Of a DNA stretch of 64,000 bases, positions 26,750-37,198 are shown piece after piece; position 1 is the first letter of the stretch; the number at the start of each line of letters is the position of its first letter. Location: contig OZ287071.1 in assembly GCA_965645245.1 (NCBI GenBank), forward strand, positions 1,674,001-1,738,000, in the 5' to 3' direction. A program made the translations under genes and the position numbers. The DNA is from Massalongia carnosa (Eukaryota). The notes beneath the pieces were generated by a model. That model saw nothing but the letters and a program-made list of their open reading frames with translations. It did no database searches and had not been told where the DNA came from.

Positions 26750-27410
26750 TTGCCGGAGCCGACTGCAATTACGTTTCTCCGCAACGAGACGGATTATCCT
26801 GAGAAAAGTCAAAATCACATGTACCCATACACATCTGTTCATTGTGAATATTGTAAACATGTGCTCCCCACACGACGAACAAGTTACAAACGGCGATTTC
26901 TCCTGTTCATCACTCTAAGGATCTTTCATACCAGTTGGTTTTTACTTCCTCGCAGTTTTCTTTATCTTCACCTACATCTGAAGGTAACATAGCCTCTACT
27001 AATTTCCTTGCGTGTTAAAATGGCTTGCTAATCTTCTACCTCGCTGTCAGATTAACTTTGGCGGCAAGGACTATCTCTTTTCGGCCAGGACTGAGGACCT
27101 AGAGGTATTAGACGAATCCGACTCCAGCGAAAACGAGGACAAAAATGCATGGTTGAGGGAACTGGCCACTCACAAGCAGGAGTACTTTCCATGCTTGAGT
27201 GCCGTAGATGTCGCCTGCCTCTCGAACTGTCGGGAGCGATTCCAAAGTATGGTAGTTTGGGATGATCCGGTTGAGCTTCCAGGGGAGCTGACTGAAACTT
27301 TCACCGCTGCTAATATCAACCTCAGCGCTTTGAGGCGACGCAGGCTGCGACTGGCAGATCCGAAGGGTGACGAACGCGATCAGTACCGATGCAATATGTT
27401 TTGTTTTTAG
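26750..27410 (+). CDS. Orphan spliced ORF or gene fragment; 5' end unclear
   Basis: Canonical intron 26984-27050 (GTAAC..GCTAAT..CAG) joins ORF 26750-26983 in frame to INFGGKDYLF..27410. No recognisable family and no clear ATG. Confidence 0.35.
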
Positions 27411-27746
27411 TCTAGGAGAACTGGGTTTCTAATTAAATAGTAACTGTAATAAAAGCATGTATATCGTTGTACTTTGTAATCGTCGGCTCGCTTAGTGGGA
27501 TCCGACTCGGAGGCCGTCGCCTCCTAGTCGGGGAAAGCGATTTGCATCCATTCAAACTGAAATTTTGACCATTTTTCACCTTTTACCCTCAACCACATTG
27601 ATCAATCATTACTTAATATCGTAAAAAGCTTGAAAGCATCGTCGTCGTCATCGTTGTCATCAAAATTATCCCCCCCCCTCAATTTCCGATCCTTTATTAT
27701 CGCATTTGCAACTTTCGAAAAGACGTTTTCAACCTCCCTTCGTACC

Positions 27747-29926
27747 ATGGAAAATAATGCCTCAATCTTGGTTTCCACTCTCAGCCCCATGGAAAGATTG
27801 GAAGAAGCGAAGCAATTTCTGATTGATCATCCCGAAGAAAGCAAGGCTGCTGCGTCAAAAATCTACAATGTCAACGTTAAAACGTTGACGTCTTTTGTTC
27901 GTCGTCATCCGAAGAAGGACAGAAAAAAGAAGGGAAAAAAAGGGGGGAGAAAATCAGATACTGAAAGAGCATGAAGCTAGGGCTTTAGATGGATTCATTA
28001 AATCCTTATTGATACATGGAATTCCACCTACGCATCACATGGCTTTTAATGCAATTGTAAGTCTGAGAAAGGCTCATAAATTAAAAGCTCCATCAAGACG
28101 ATGGTTTCGGTCTTGGTGGAAACGTAGCAATTTACACAAGATTAAGACCAAACCATTACCAATGATTCGCTTTGAAGCCGCTGAAGAATCAGATGTGATC
28201 AAATGGTTTGATGGCTACAAAGAGGTATTGAGAGAATTGAAAATCAGAAGAAGACGAAACATTCTAAACTTTGATGAAGCTGGTTTTCGAATTGGATGCA
28301 TGAAGGGTCAGGAAATCTACGTTCCTATGGAAATCAAGCAATTCTACGCCGTCAGCCCGGAGAATCGCAGATCTGCGACGGTCATTGAGACGATCAATGC
28401 TGCTGGCGACTATCCCCCTCCCCCCATGATCATCATACAGGGTCAGGAAATCATGGCGACGTGGTTTTCGGAGGATTTGCCGGTGGGCACGCGTATTGTG
28501 CCTTCCGACAGTGGTTTCACATCTGATAAGATAGCAATTGAATATTTGAAGCATCTCATTCAAAATTCGGATGCAGGACCTAATGCAGATTGGAAATTGC
28601 TCCTGATGGATAATCATGGCAGTCACGTTACTCCTGAATTTGTACTTCTGGCCAATGAAAATCACATTCGTCCCTACCCACTAAATTCCACATTTGACTC
28701 ATTGCATGCAGCCATTGGATGTCGGCGTATTTCAGCCCTATAAACACTGGCATCAACAGGCTATTGAGGAGAATGTTGCATCGTCATTTGTCGAGTATTC
28801 CCTGACTCGGTTTCTTCAGGATTTGATCAAAATTAGAAACCAGACATTCAAAGCTTCTACAATCCGACATGCATTTGAAAATTCGGGAATGTGGCCGGTC
28901 AATCCAGAAGCATGCATTCGTCAGCTGAAACAATTCATTCTCGACAATTCTAGTCTGAACAATTCTGATCTGACTGATCAGCCCTCACTTCCTCTACCTC
29001 GTCAAATTCAACCTAGGGATATAGTCGACATAGAACATGGATTGCGTCAATGGGGGTCAAAAATTCAAGAATCTATGCAATGGAGTGATCCCGCCCGAGC
29101 AGGGGAATTTGATTCTTTTATAGCTGGTACGAAAGAGATCATTTCGAAGTCTATACTCGGAGAAGCGGAGCTTGAAATGTATCAGCAGCAAAGAACGAAT
29201 CAGCTAAACAGCAGACGAATATCTCGTAAAAGATTGAGACCTGAAATCGGAAGATTGGGAATAACCGCTGAAGATGCGAAGCAAGCTATAGCCATGAAGC
29301 TACAAAAAGATCAGGAAATTGAGAAGAAGAAGGAGAATAATAACTTCATGAAGTTGTGGAGAACGGAAAGAGACGAAATTCATGTCAAAGGGGTGACTGC
29401 TCGAAAAGCAGAAAGGGATCGAGTCAAACGACTAAAAGAGATGCAGAAAGGGCTCGGTGCCATCTCAGTTGAGATGTATGAGGAGATTCCTGACCCCGAG
29501 GCATTATGGAAAGCGACGAATGAGGTGTGGATAGCTGAGGAAGCGAAAAAAGAAGCCAGAAAGAATCCATCTGCATCTGCTCGTGCCAATGTTGAAGAAG
29601 ACGTCACATTTATTGTAGATGAGACTGAAGCTAGAAATGGAGGCATTTCGAACATTTCGAACATTTCGAACATTTCGAACATTTCGAACATTTCGAACAT
29701 TCCAGAAGAAGAAGCATGGCTACGAGATGATTTTGTGTCTTTCGATCCAAGTTTCGAATCGGGAGATGCTTCGAATTATGAGGGGGATGCGGGGTATGCG
29801 GGGTATCAGGAAGATCAGAATAATCAGGGTGGTCAGGGTGGTCAAGGGGGTCAGGGGGGTCAGAGGGATGATTTTAATGACGGCTTTGATGATGACGATG
29901 CCTTTCGAGCTTTGTATGAAATTTAG
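27747..29926 (+). CDS. DDE_1 transposase (HTH + DD35D), about 725 aa if two +1 homopolymer insertions (about 27940 and 28684) are corrected
   Basis: N-terminal HTH (AAASKIYNVNVKTLTSF); PSRRWFRSWW; catalytic NFDEAG, LLMDNHGSH and MQPLDVGVF with 35 residues between D2 and D3; no in-frame stops once the frame is corrected. Confidence 0.92.
29644..29701 (+). repeat. 9-bp tandem repeat (CATTTCGAA)x6+ encoding (ISN)n in the transposase tail
   Basis: Read directly from the sequence; GQG-encoding 9-bp repeats follow at about 29828-29863. Confidence 0.95.
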
Positions 29927-30121
29927 AATCAATAAATCAATGTGGTTGAGGGTAAAAGGTGAAAAATGGTCAAAATTTCAGTTTGAATGGATGCAAATCG
30001 CTTTCCCCGACTAGGAGGCGACGGCCTCCGAGTCGGATCCCACTAAGCGAGCCGACGATTACTCTGTACGGAGTACTCTATACATAGTAGATGCCACCCA
30101 GAGAAGCTTTCAACGTCAAAC

Positions 30122-31225
30122 ATGGCCCCGCCAATCATCGATATCCACACGCACATATATCCCCCATCCTACCTCTCCCTGCTTCGCGCCCGCACAGCAG
30201 TACCTTATCTCCTCGACCTTCCAGCTCCAGCTCCTCCACGGCTGATCATCCTTCCCTCCGATGACAATGCCTCTCTTCCGCAGTCCTCTCGCGGCCGGCC
30301 AATTGGTCCCGAATATTCCTCCGTAGAACAGAAGCTCGCTTTCATGTCAACCCATCATATCTCACTCTCGGTCATCTCGCTTGCAAATCCCTGGTTGGAT
30401 TTCCTACCTGCCCGAGAAGCCCTCATCGCCGCAACGATGATCAATAATGAGCTAGAGGAGATTTGCATGGCGAGCAACGGGAAACTGTTTGCATTCGCAA
30501 CATTGCCAGTCTCAGCTCCGACAGAGGAGGTTGTTGGAGAGATTCAACGCCTGTCGTCGCTCCATCATGTCCGAGGTATCATACTTGGCACTACCGGTCT
30601 TGGCGCTGGACTAGACGATCCAACTCTCGAACCTATCTGGGACGCGCTAGCAAAATCGCAATTTCTTATCTTCCTCCATCCGCATTATGGCTTGCCGTCT
30701 GAAGTGTTTGGGCCTCGAGCGCAGGACTATGGTCATGTTCTGCCGCTGAGTCTTGGATTTCCGATGGAAACGACAATCGCGTTTGTGCGGATGTGGCTTT
30801 CAGGCGTCTTTGACCGACATCAGGAGCTACGAGTACTGATCGCCCATGCTGGAGGCACGGTACCTTTTCTTGCTGGAAGAGTGGAAAGCTGTGTAGAGCA
30901 CGAAAGGCATTTCCGAGACGAGCAAAACAGGCAAAAGGAGAGACGAGGAATCTGGCACGTATTGAAGCAAAATATCTGGCTGGATGCGGTAACCTATTCG
31001 AAACTAGGGGTCAAGGCGGCTGCGGAAGCGGTGGGAGTTGACAGGGTGCTGTTTGGAACGGACCATCCGTTCTTTCCGCCGCTGGATGCGGGCGCTGAAG
31101 AGTGGATTAGTGTGAAGACTAATGTCAATGCGGTTGAAAGCGCATTGAACGAAGATCAGAAAGGGATCAAATCCGTACTCGGAGGAAATGCTATCACTTT
31201 GCTCAACCTTGAGAGTTCGCGATGA
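30122..31225 (+). CDS. Uracil-5-carboxylate (isoorotate) decarboxylase, amidohydrolase_2 family
   Basis: DIHTHIYPPSY (HxH), PRLIIL..GRP, SVISLANPWLDF, FLHPHYGL, LGFPMETT, AHAGGTVPFLAGR and FGTDHPFFPP match fungal IDCase as I recall it. Confidence 0.88.
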   Translation: MAPPIIDIHTHIYPPSYLSLLRARTAVPYLLDLPAPAPPRLIILPSDDNASLPQSSRGRPIGPEYSSVEQKLAFMSTHHISLSVISLANPWLDFLPAREALIAATMINNELEEICMASNGKLFAFATLPVSAPTEEVVGEIQRLSSLHHVRGIILGTTGLGAGLDDPTLEPIWDALAKSQFLIFLHPHYGLPSEVFGPRAQDYGHVLPLSLGFPMETTIAFVRMWLSGVFDRHQELRVLIAHAGGTVPFLAGRVESCVEHERHFRDEQNRQKERRGIWHVLKQNIWLDAVTYSKLGVKAAAEAVGVDRVLFGTDHPFFPPLDAGAEEWISVKTNVNAVESALNEDQKGIKSVLGGNAITLLNLESSR

Positions 31226-31847
31226 ACGGGGGTCCCGATTGGATTAGTAACGAGAGGAGTTCCCATCCGATAGATGATCCGATTAAATCGGCTTAGGGCT
31301 TCTCTAGCCCACTAGGCGGATTGAAGTTAGCGGTCTTCATCACGTGGCGCACTGAACGGAGTTGACGGAAATGCAAAGAGAGGCCGGAAAGAACTGCAGT
31401 TCAGGATCTAGCGTACATGTGAAGTGACATAAGAGAAACTCCAGATTATGAACATGACGAACAATCTCGTTTCTACATCATTCCTTGACTAAATAACGCG
31501 ACGAATGGGGACCGTGGAAAGAGCCAGGCCGAGGATGGAAGTGTTAGGTGGTCGGAATCATGATCGTGACCGTGAAAGAAAAAAAAAACAGTGACAACGC
31601 TAACTAGATGACAAGCAGACATATAAAGAGCAATGCATTATGGGATTGATCGGCCACTAACTCTCCCTCCATCATTGAACATCTCTCCCTTCAAGTTGGG
31701 AATATCACGGATTTTTCAATATCTTTACATCTTCATGATTATTAATGTAATAGTCTTCGGACAATTCCATCTAAAGCCAAAAGTCTCAACCTAACGATAA
31801 CCTCAGAAGAGAAGAGGGAAAAATTACTAACAACGGTCATCCACGTC

Positions 31848-33146
31848 ATGATGGAAAAACTATTTTCTTCGTACAAACAGAAGAGACGGAGCATGACCAT
31901 CAGTGGCCGCTCATTATTCCCAGGCAACAAAAACAGTTCTTCACAGCACACCCCAAAACATGGCCCCAAAACTCCCCCTGTAGCTCCAGCCAAACTGGCC
32001 ATTGACTATGAATCCCCACCTCTAGTCTTTCACGGCTCGCTCACAAGATCTACGGGTGCCATCCTCTCCGGCCAGCTCGAACTCATCGTGCTGGAAGCTC
32101 AAGCCAAGATAACCGCCTTTAAGATGGTCCTGGTGGGGAAAGTCCTTACGAAGAAACCCGTGGCCAAAGATTGCCCCGACTGTACGAGTATAACGACAGT
32201 CCTTCAAAAATGGATATTTCTCAACGAGCCTGTTCGCTTCAAGCAGGGCAAATATTCCTTTCCCTTTTCCTACCTCCTCCCAGGCCACCTCCCCGCCACC
32301 TCCAACAGCGCACTTGGCAGCATTGAATACGAGCTTCAAGCACATGCCATACTCAACCTTGATGAACCTATCCACTTCTCTCGCATTCTCACCGTTCAGC
32401 GCGCGACGCACCCCGGCATCGACAGATCCACAACCCGCGTGTTTCCCCCCACCAACATCGTTACCACCGCCACCATCCCTACCACCATTCATTCCATTGG
32501 CGAATTTTCCGTGTACCTCCGCCTCTCCGGGCTCGTGACCAAGAACCTTACCGAGCCCACCCATACCCGTCTGCGCGTCCGCAAAATCCTTTGGCGTATT
32601 GAGGAGCTCGCCCGCATCGTGTCACCCGCCTGCCCCAAGCACGAAGCTAAACTCGTCACCTCAGCCATCGGCATTCCCCATCACGGAAGAGGCATTCTAC
32701 ACGAATCCAAGCGCAAGCTGGCCGAACAAAGCTTCAAGCGCGGCTGGAAATCCAGTCCGGACTCCGACACGACTGAGTTTGAAACCTCCATCGCCATCGA
32801 CCTGTCCACGCGCCCGGTGTGTGATGTGCACTCGCCCACGGGCTTCGTGGTGGACCATAGACTCGTCCTAGAGATTATTGTCGCAGAGGAATTGCTGACG
32901 GGGTCGCGCGGGCAGCATGCGAACTACACGGGTCTGGCGCGCGTGCTGCGTATGACTTTCCCCGTCGTGCTAACAGAGCGGGGGGGTCTAGGGGTGAGTT
33001 GGGATGAGGAGCAGCCGCCGGTGTATCAGGATGTGCCGGGTAGCCCACCCGGCTATGCGCGGATCGAGGAGTATGTGGGAGACCCGATTCCATATGAGGA
33101 GTTGGAAGCGATAGAAGGGGCAGATGGAGGTTTTAGCGAGGGCTGA
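31848..33146 (+). CDS. Arrestin-related trafficking adaptor, LDB19/ART1 family
   Basis: YESPPLVFHG..STGAILSGQL, FPFSYLLPGHLPAT, RVFPPT, ARVLRMTF..ERGGLGVSWDEEQPPVY, and PY motifs PPVY and PPGY. Confidence 0.88.
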   Translation: MMEKLFSSYKQKRRSMTISGRSLFPGNKNSSSQHTPKHGPKTPPVAPAKLAIDYESPPLVFHGSLTRSTGAILSGQLELIVLEAQAKITAFKMVLVGKVLTKKPVAKDCPDCTSITTVLQKWIFLNEPVRFKQGKYSFPFSYLLPGHLPATSNSALGSIEYELQAHAILNLDEPIHFSRILTVQRATHPGIDRSTTRVFPPTNIVTTATIPTTIHSIGEFSVYLRLSGLVTKNLTEPTHTRLRVRKILWRIEELARIVSPACPKHEAKLVTSAIGIPHHGRGILHESKRKLAEQSFKRGWKSSPDSDTTEFETSIAIDLSTRPVCDVHSPTGFVVDHRLVLEIIVAEELLTGSRGQHANYTGLARVLRMTFPVVLTERGGLGVSWDEEQPPVYQDVPGSPPGYARIEEYVGDPIPYEELEAIEGADGGFSEG

Positions 33147-33606
33147 TTGGATCACGGAGTTTGGTCTCATATGGAAAAGGCCCTGCTAATAAAAGTTTCC
33201 AGGAATTTTCAATCAGGACGTTCTCGCGTTCTGGAAAAAGGGAGGCGCAGGGTTCACGGTTTGGAATACTCGCTTTCCGGTTGCTCGCTGCTCTATACAT
33301 ACATACGCATTTGCTGGTCTGGTCTGTAGGGGAAAAGCGGGCATGACTTTCAACTAGATTAGAATGGATAAGTATTGCTCTTTAAAAAGCTGTCTAAAAT
33401 ATATTATGTTCAATTATGATTGTTTCTCATTCTTCATCCAAACCCCAATCCCTCCCCACCAAGATCAAGGCAGCCGCTCGCTCGCTCACTCGGAACTAGG
33501 TATTCCTTACGGGGATCGCGGTAGTTAAGTAGATTTATGTAAAGAGCCTACTGGTTGATTATTAAAAAGAGAAAAATACATATAAAGATCTCTCTATCTC
33601 TCTCTT

Positions 33607-34217
33607 GATTGATTGATTGATTTATTCTTATTCCGATATGACACCGGCCGAAGGCCGGCCCATGCGGGCTGTCTATGTTTATCATACAAGGAAAACCCTT
33701 CTTGGGAATAAAAACCCCGTAGACTACGCACTACCTCCGGAGCCTCGCTGGCAACAGGCTGCTCTCTGTGATCGTTTTTCTTTAGAATCCTTGACGAAAA
33801 TGAGAAGTTATATCTCGTATAACATTTGCGATGCTAGTGAGAACTGTGTTAACAAGTTTGCTTTTATTATCCATGCAGTTAGCTTTTTCAGCATTTTCGA
33901 CGAACGCGTAATCGTCCGGTAGTCGTGGGTGCCCAATTGTCTGAGCAGCTCATATCTGCCTTCGATTAGTCTGCAGTGTAATATGATGTGTTTGGCAGTC
34001 TGTTTCTGCCAGCCACACGAGCAAGCTGGAGTCATAGCTCCCGGAACCCGACGATTGAACAGGAAGTTTGCCAAACCTATTTTCTCAGTGCGGATTTGCG
34101 TGGTTAGCGCGCTTTCCGCCTTCATCAAGTTGTCATGAATCTTCAATCTAGTTCTGTTGAGTGGTCCGAGCTGTGCCTCTGTTGGGTAGGGAACGCGGTC
34201 CTGATACGCCTTCCACC
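33607..34217 (-). mobile_element. 5'-truncated Tad1-like non-LTR retrotransposon (LINE), 611 bp
   Basis: Open frame from the truncation point to the stop at 33808 encodes a LINE ORF2 C-terminus (AESALTTQIRTEKIGLANFL..CSCG..TAKHIILHC). The 3' UTR ends in AATAAA plus an (ATCA)n tail. Flanked by a 13-bp TSD CTATCTCTCTCTT (33594-33606, 34218-34230). Confidence 0.92.
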
Positions 34218-34957
34218 CTATCTCTCTCTTATTTCTTATAAAACAAAACGAACGAACGACTTAAAGTTAATCAGAAAGACACACATACTGCCCAGGAATC
34301 CAGGAATTATTTTTTAATGCTCGCAATGATCTCATCTCGAAAGAAAGCAAGAAAGAAATAGGAGCAAGAAGATACGGAAGTCGTGCGGTAGGATTCAAGA
34401 GATCGAGGATTACATGGTGGTAAAGATCGATGGTTAAAGAGAGAGATAGAGAACGAGGTATATCTCGCTCACTCACCTACTTACTTACCCAGTCAGTCAG
34501 CCACGAAGATTCGATCGCAACTTCGCTGCTAGTGCTACTACCTCTTGAAAAGGGGTGTTGGCTGGGCGATTGAAGCAACATTTCCGTAACCGAACTGCTG
34601 ACATGCCACAATGTTAGATAGGTAGATTCACGAGTACGAGTACTTATCTATCTAGATGTGAATAGGTGGGTGGATGGGTAAGTATCGAGACATGGTGTAA
34701 CTGATCCGAGAAGCTGGAAAGGGTGAATGCATGAATGAACGAACCATTGCAGTCTCCCCGAGAAGAAAAACACAACCTAAACAGCATTTCCATGATCAAA
34801 TATGACCAAGTTTCCCCAAAGAACAAACGCTAGACTACAACCAACCGCCCGAACCCCCACCCCCCCCCACACCCCCCTTTCCCTTCATCTCTCACTTCCC
34901 CTTTAGCTTTCTATTGGGTTTTCCGGAAAACCTAGACGCCTTCGGCGCTCCGGACAT

Positions 34958-35500
34958 TTAGCGTCCGTTTTGGCGCATATCTCGAAATTTCTGAAGCCGG
35001 ATTTCCATCTGGACATCGGTCGGCTCGGTCCACTCGTGGAACTCCTCCGGCTCGTACCCCCACCATATGGAGTACTTATTGATGAACTCGGTCACAATCA
35101 CCCTCTTCCTGCCGGGTGGGAGTCGGAGAATCTGCGCCTTGTCTGCTTCCTTGGCGGTAAAGTCGTCGTACTTGGCGGACAGTTTGGCCCAGTTGAGGTT
35201 CTTCGCGAAGGCGCAGGCCCAGAAGATCTGCTTGAAGGCCTGGACAATCCCGCCGCGGTCGACAAAGTTGTGGCCATCTTCGACGACGAAGATGATGAAC
35301 GCGAGGGCTTGATCCGACAAACCGTCGCTGTCCACCGCCGGGGGTGACCCGGAAGCTGAGGCTTCAGGAGTCGAAGGCGTGAAAGTTGAGGGAGTGAGTT
35401 TTGGGACAGTAGAAGTTGAGGCTTTGGGGTTGAAGTTCCCGGGAGTTAAGGCAGCTTGAAGCAAGGTAAAATTGAAAGTATCCACTTCTCTAGGGAACAT
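34958..35500 (-). CDS. Hypothetical 180-aa protein
   Basis: Single ATG-initiated ORF with GC-rich third codon positions in its 3' two-thirds; no recognisable domain. Confidence 0.6.
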   Translation of the reverse strand: MFPREVDTFNFTLLQAALTPGNFNPKASTSTVPKLTPSTFTPSTPEASASGSPPAVDSDGLSDQALAFIIFVVEDGHNFVDRGGIVQAFKQIFWACAFAKNLNWAKLSAKYDDFTAKEADKAQILRLPPGRKRVIVTEFINKYSIWWGYEPEEFHEWTEPTDVQMEIRLQKFRDMRQNGR

Positions 35501-36244
35501 TGTGCTAAGGTGAAGTTTCCGAAAAGGTTGATCAGAATGGGAATAGGGGGTATGAAAGTGGAAAATATTACTTCCCGTTGCTTTCGGTGGATGAGCGAGT
35601 ATATTATTGTATGGTACATTAGAGGAAAGAGAACAGCACTCATCCTTATATGCACTCTAACTGTTGCGGAGGAGATTAAGGCTTGCCAGCCACTAGTGGA
35701 TGCATGCAAAAGCTGAGAACCCAAGGGGCGAATTAAGATTAGTGAAGGGCGACACAAAATCAACAGCGCCATGTTTTCGGCACGATTGGTTCGCTCTGCT
35801 AATCAGACATTCTTCACTGTCGCTGAAGAGCTAAGAACCATGGGTTTAGCAGCCTAAGAAGTGTAATAATTAATGCTCGAAAGCAAGATTCACCTAGCGT
35901 TTGTAAAATCAAACCAGAAGATCCATACGAACCGGCATCTGCTATAACCGGGTACATGTTAATGATCAGTATGGCCACCTCTGGAAATGTAAATAGTGTA
36001 GGTAAGCCTTTGAATGAAGTTGTGGTGGCGCGACAAGATAATCGGTTGAAGTGATAGTGAATGCAAAGGCAAGCAATGTCAAACGATACGTGATGCAAAT
36101 GCGACGATACTTTGCGCTTCGCTGCAGTTTTGTAACAAGGGGGTACGAAGTGCGTGCATCATGTCGCCATGCATGATTCGTTGCCAATGTTGCACAGGCA
36201 ACCACTTTGTGTCACTTTGTGTCAGGTAAAAATGCCCAAGAATC

Positions 36245-37198
36245 TTAATTGATTGTTTCCCTCTTCAGATCATTTACCACCATATATCTACCTACCCCTA
36301 TCCAGCCCCATCGAAACCACCGCATCTGACTCCAATGCCCTCTTGTCATGGCCTTTTGCCCTTTTCGCCACTGACCCACATCACTCACAAATAAAATTCT
36401 CCGTGGCGTTTTTTCACCTTCAATCTTCCGCTTCCCATTCACTCTAGCGGTCCGTAATGCCCCTAGCAACATCGTTACTGGGGCGTCTAGAAAACTAATG
36501 TACTTTCGCAGAAGATTCGTCGTTGAAAGCGTGTATAGCTCAACCGGACATCTCCAGCCAGATTTATTCACCATCATATCAGACAACCAAGCCCGAGCCC
36601 CAAGGTAGAGTGAAATGTGGTTGGGGTGGTCAGAAATGCCTCGCGAGTCGAAAGTTAAAAGGATATCAATGGTTGCAGGAGGTGCCTCGCCTCCGCTTCT
36701 TGTCTGCGCTGAGACAATCTTTTGAGAATGATGGGCGGATTTGGCGGAGGTGAAGGCGGAGGAGAGAATTTCAGCAACGGCAGCTGGATCCCACGAACTT
36801 TTCATACTGTCTGGGAAGGCGGGTGAATCAAGGACAAATACATCTGTCGGCGATCGTAGGCCGAGGAGCGTGGCTGAAGTAAGAAGTTCTTGCTTTCGGA
36901 CGAGCCCAAGCTTATCGGCGTTCCCTGACGAGAGACGCGTTCAGTTGGCGAATGTGAGCAGAGAAAGGATGCGGGTACCAGTGCTGAGGCATAATATTTT
37001 AACATGGTTGCCTAGGCCTACATCGGTGAGTGCGAGAAGTGTCGGGGAGAAGAACATAGCTTCATCGTCGGGGTGCGCAATGAGGAGACAGATACGTTTG
37101 TTACGGAATCTAGGGAATGAAACACGGGTAAGGTATGCTGTATAGAGCCAGGCAGTAATAAAGAGGACTGGAATAGCAAAGGCAAGATATAAGTACAT
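36245..37198 (-). CDS. GPI12: N-acetylglucosaminyl-phosphatidylinositol de-N-acetylase (PIG-L), 2 exons
   Basis: N-terminal TM segment, LLIAHPDDEAMFFSPT, LTFDSRGISDHPNH, HWSQMRWFRWGW..RYMVVNDL. Confidence 0.95.

Larger units (their letters stand above)
27479..30059 (+). mobile_element. Full-length pogo/Fot1-type (Tc1/mariner superfamily) DNA transposon, 2581 bp
   Basis: Perfect 124-bp TIRs (27479-27602 and 29936-30059), TA on both sides, internal DD35D transposase. Confidence 0.97.

Noticed and set aside
27930..27950. A7G6 run resembling an A_AAA_AAG programmed -1 frameshift site in the transposase
   Set aside because: The required shift is +1, not -1. A second +1 indel here and a -1 indel in CHS, all in homopolymers, point to sequencing error or mutation.
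29380..30014. Alternative ORFs (MFE)n and (FRT)n; CRISPR-like appearance of repeats
   Set aside because: These are other frames of the transposase tandem repeat. There are no spacers and the context is eukaryotic.
19717..30059. Starship-type giant element
   Set aside because: No tyrosine-recombinase captain ORF at either end; the boundaries are TIRs of a DDE element.
18320..31225. Secondary-metabolite or nucleoside-antibiotic cluster (oxygenase + decarboxylase + chitin synthase as self-resistance gene)
   Set aside because: No backbone synthase, nikkomycin/polyoxin-type enzymes, transporter or cluster regulator is visible. Both enzymes match primary thymidine salvage, and transposon ends explain the arrangement.
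33591..34453. Inverted copy of TCTCTATCTCTCTCTT (33591-33606 versus about 34438-34453) around the LINE
   Set aside because: Low-complexity CT/AG sequence that does not extend, so a chance match is plausible.
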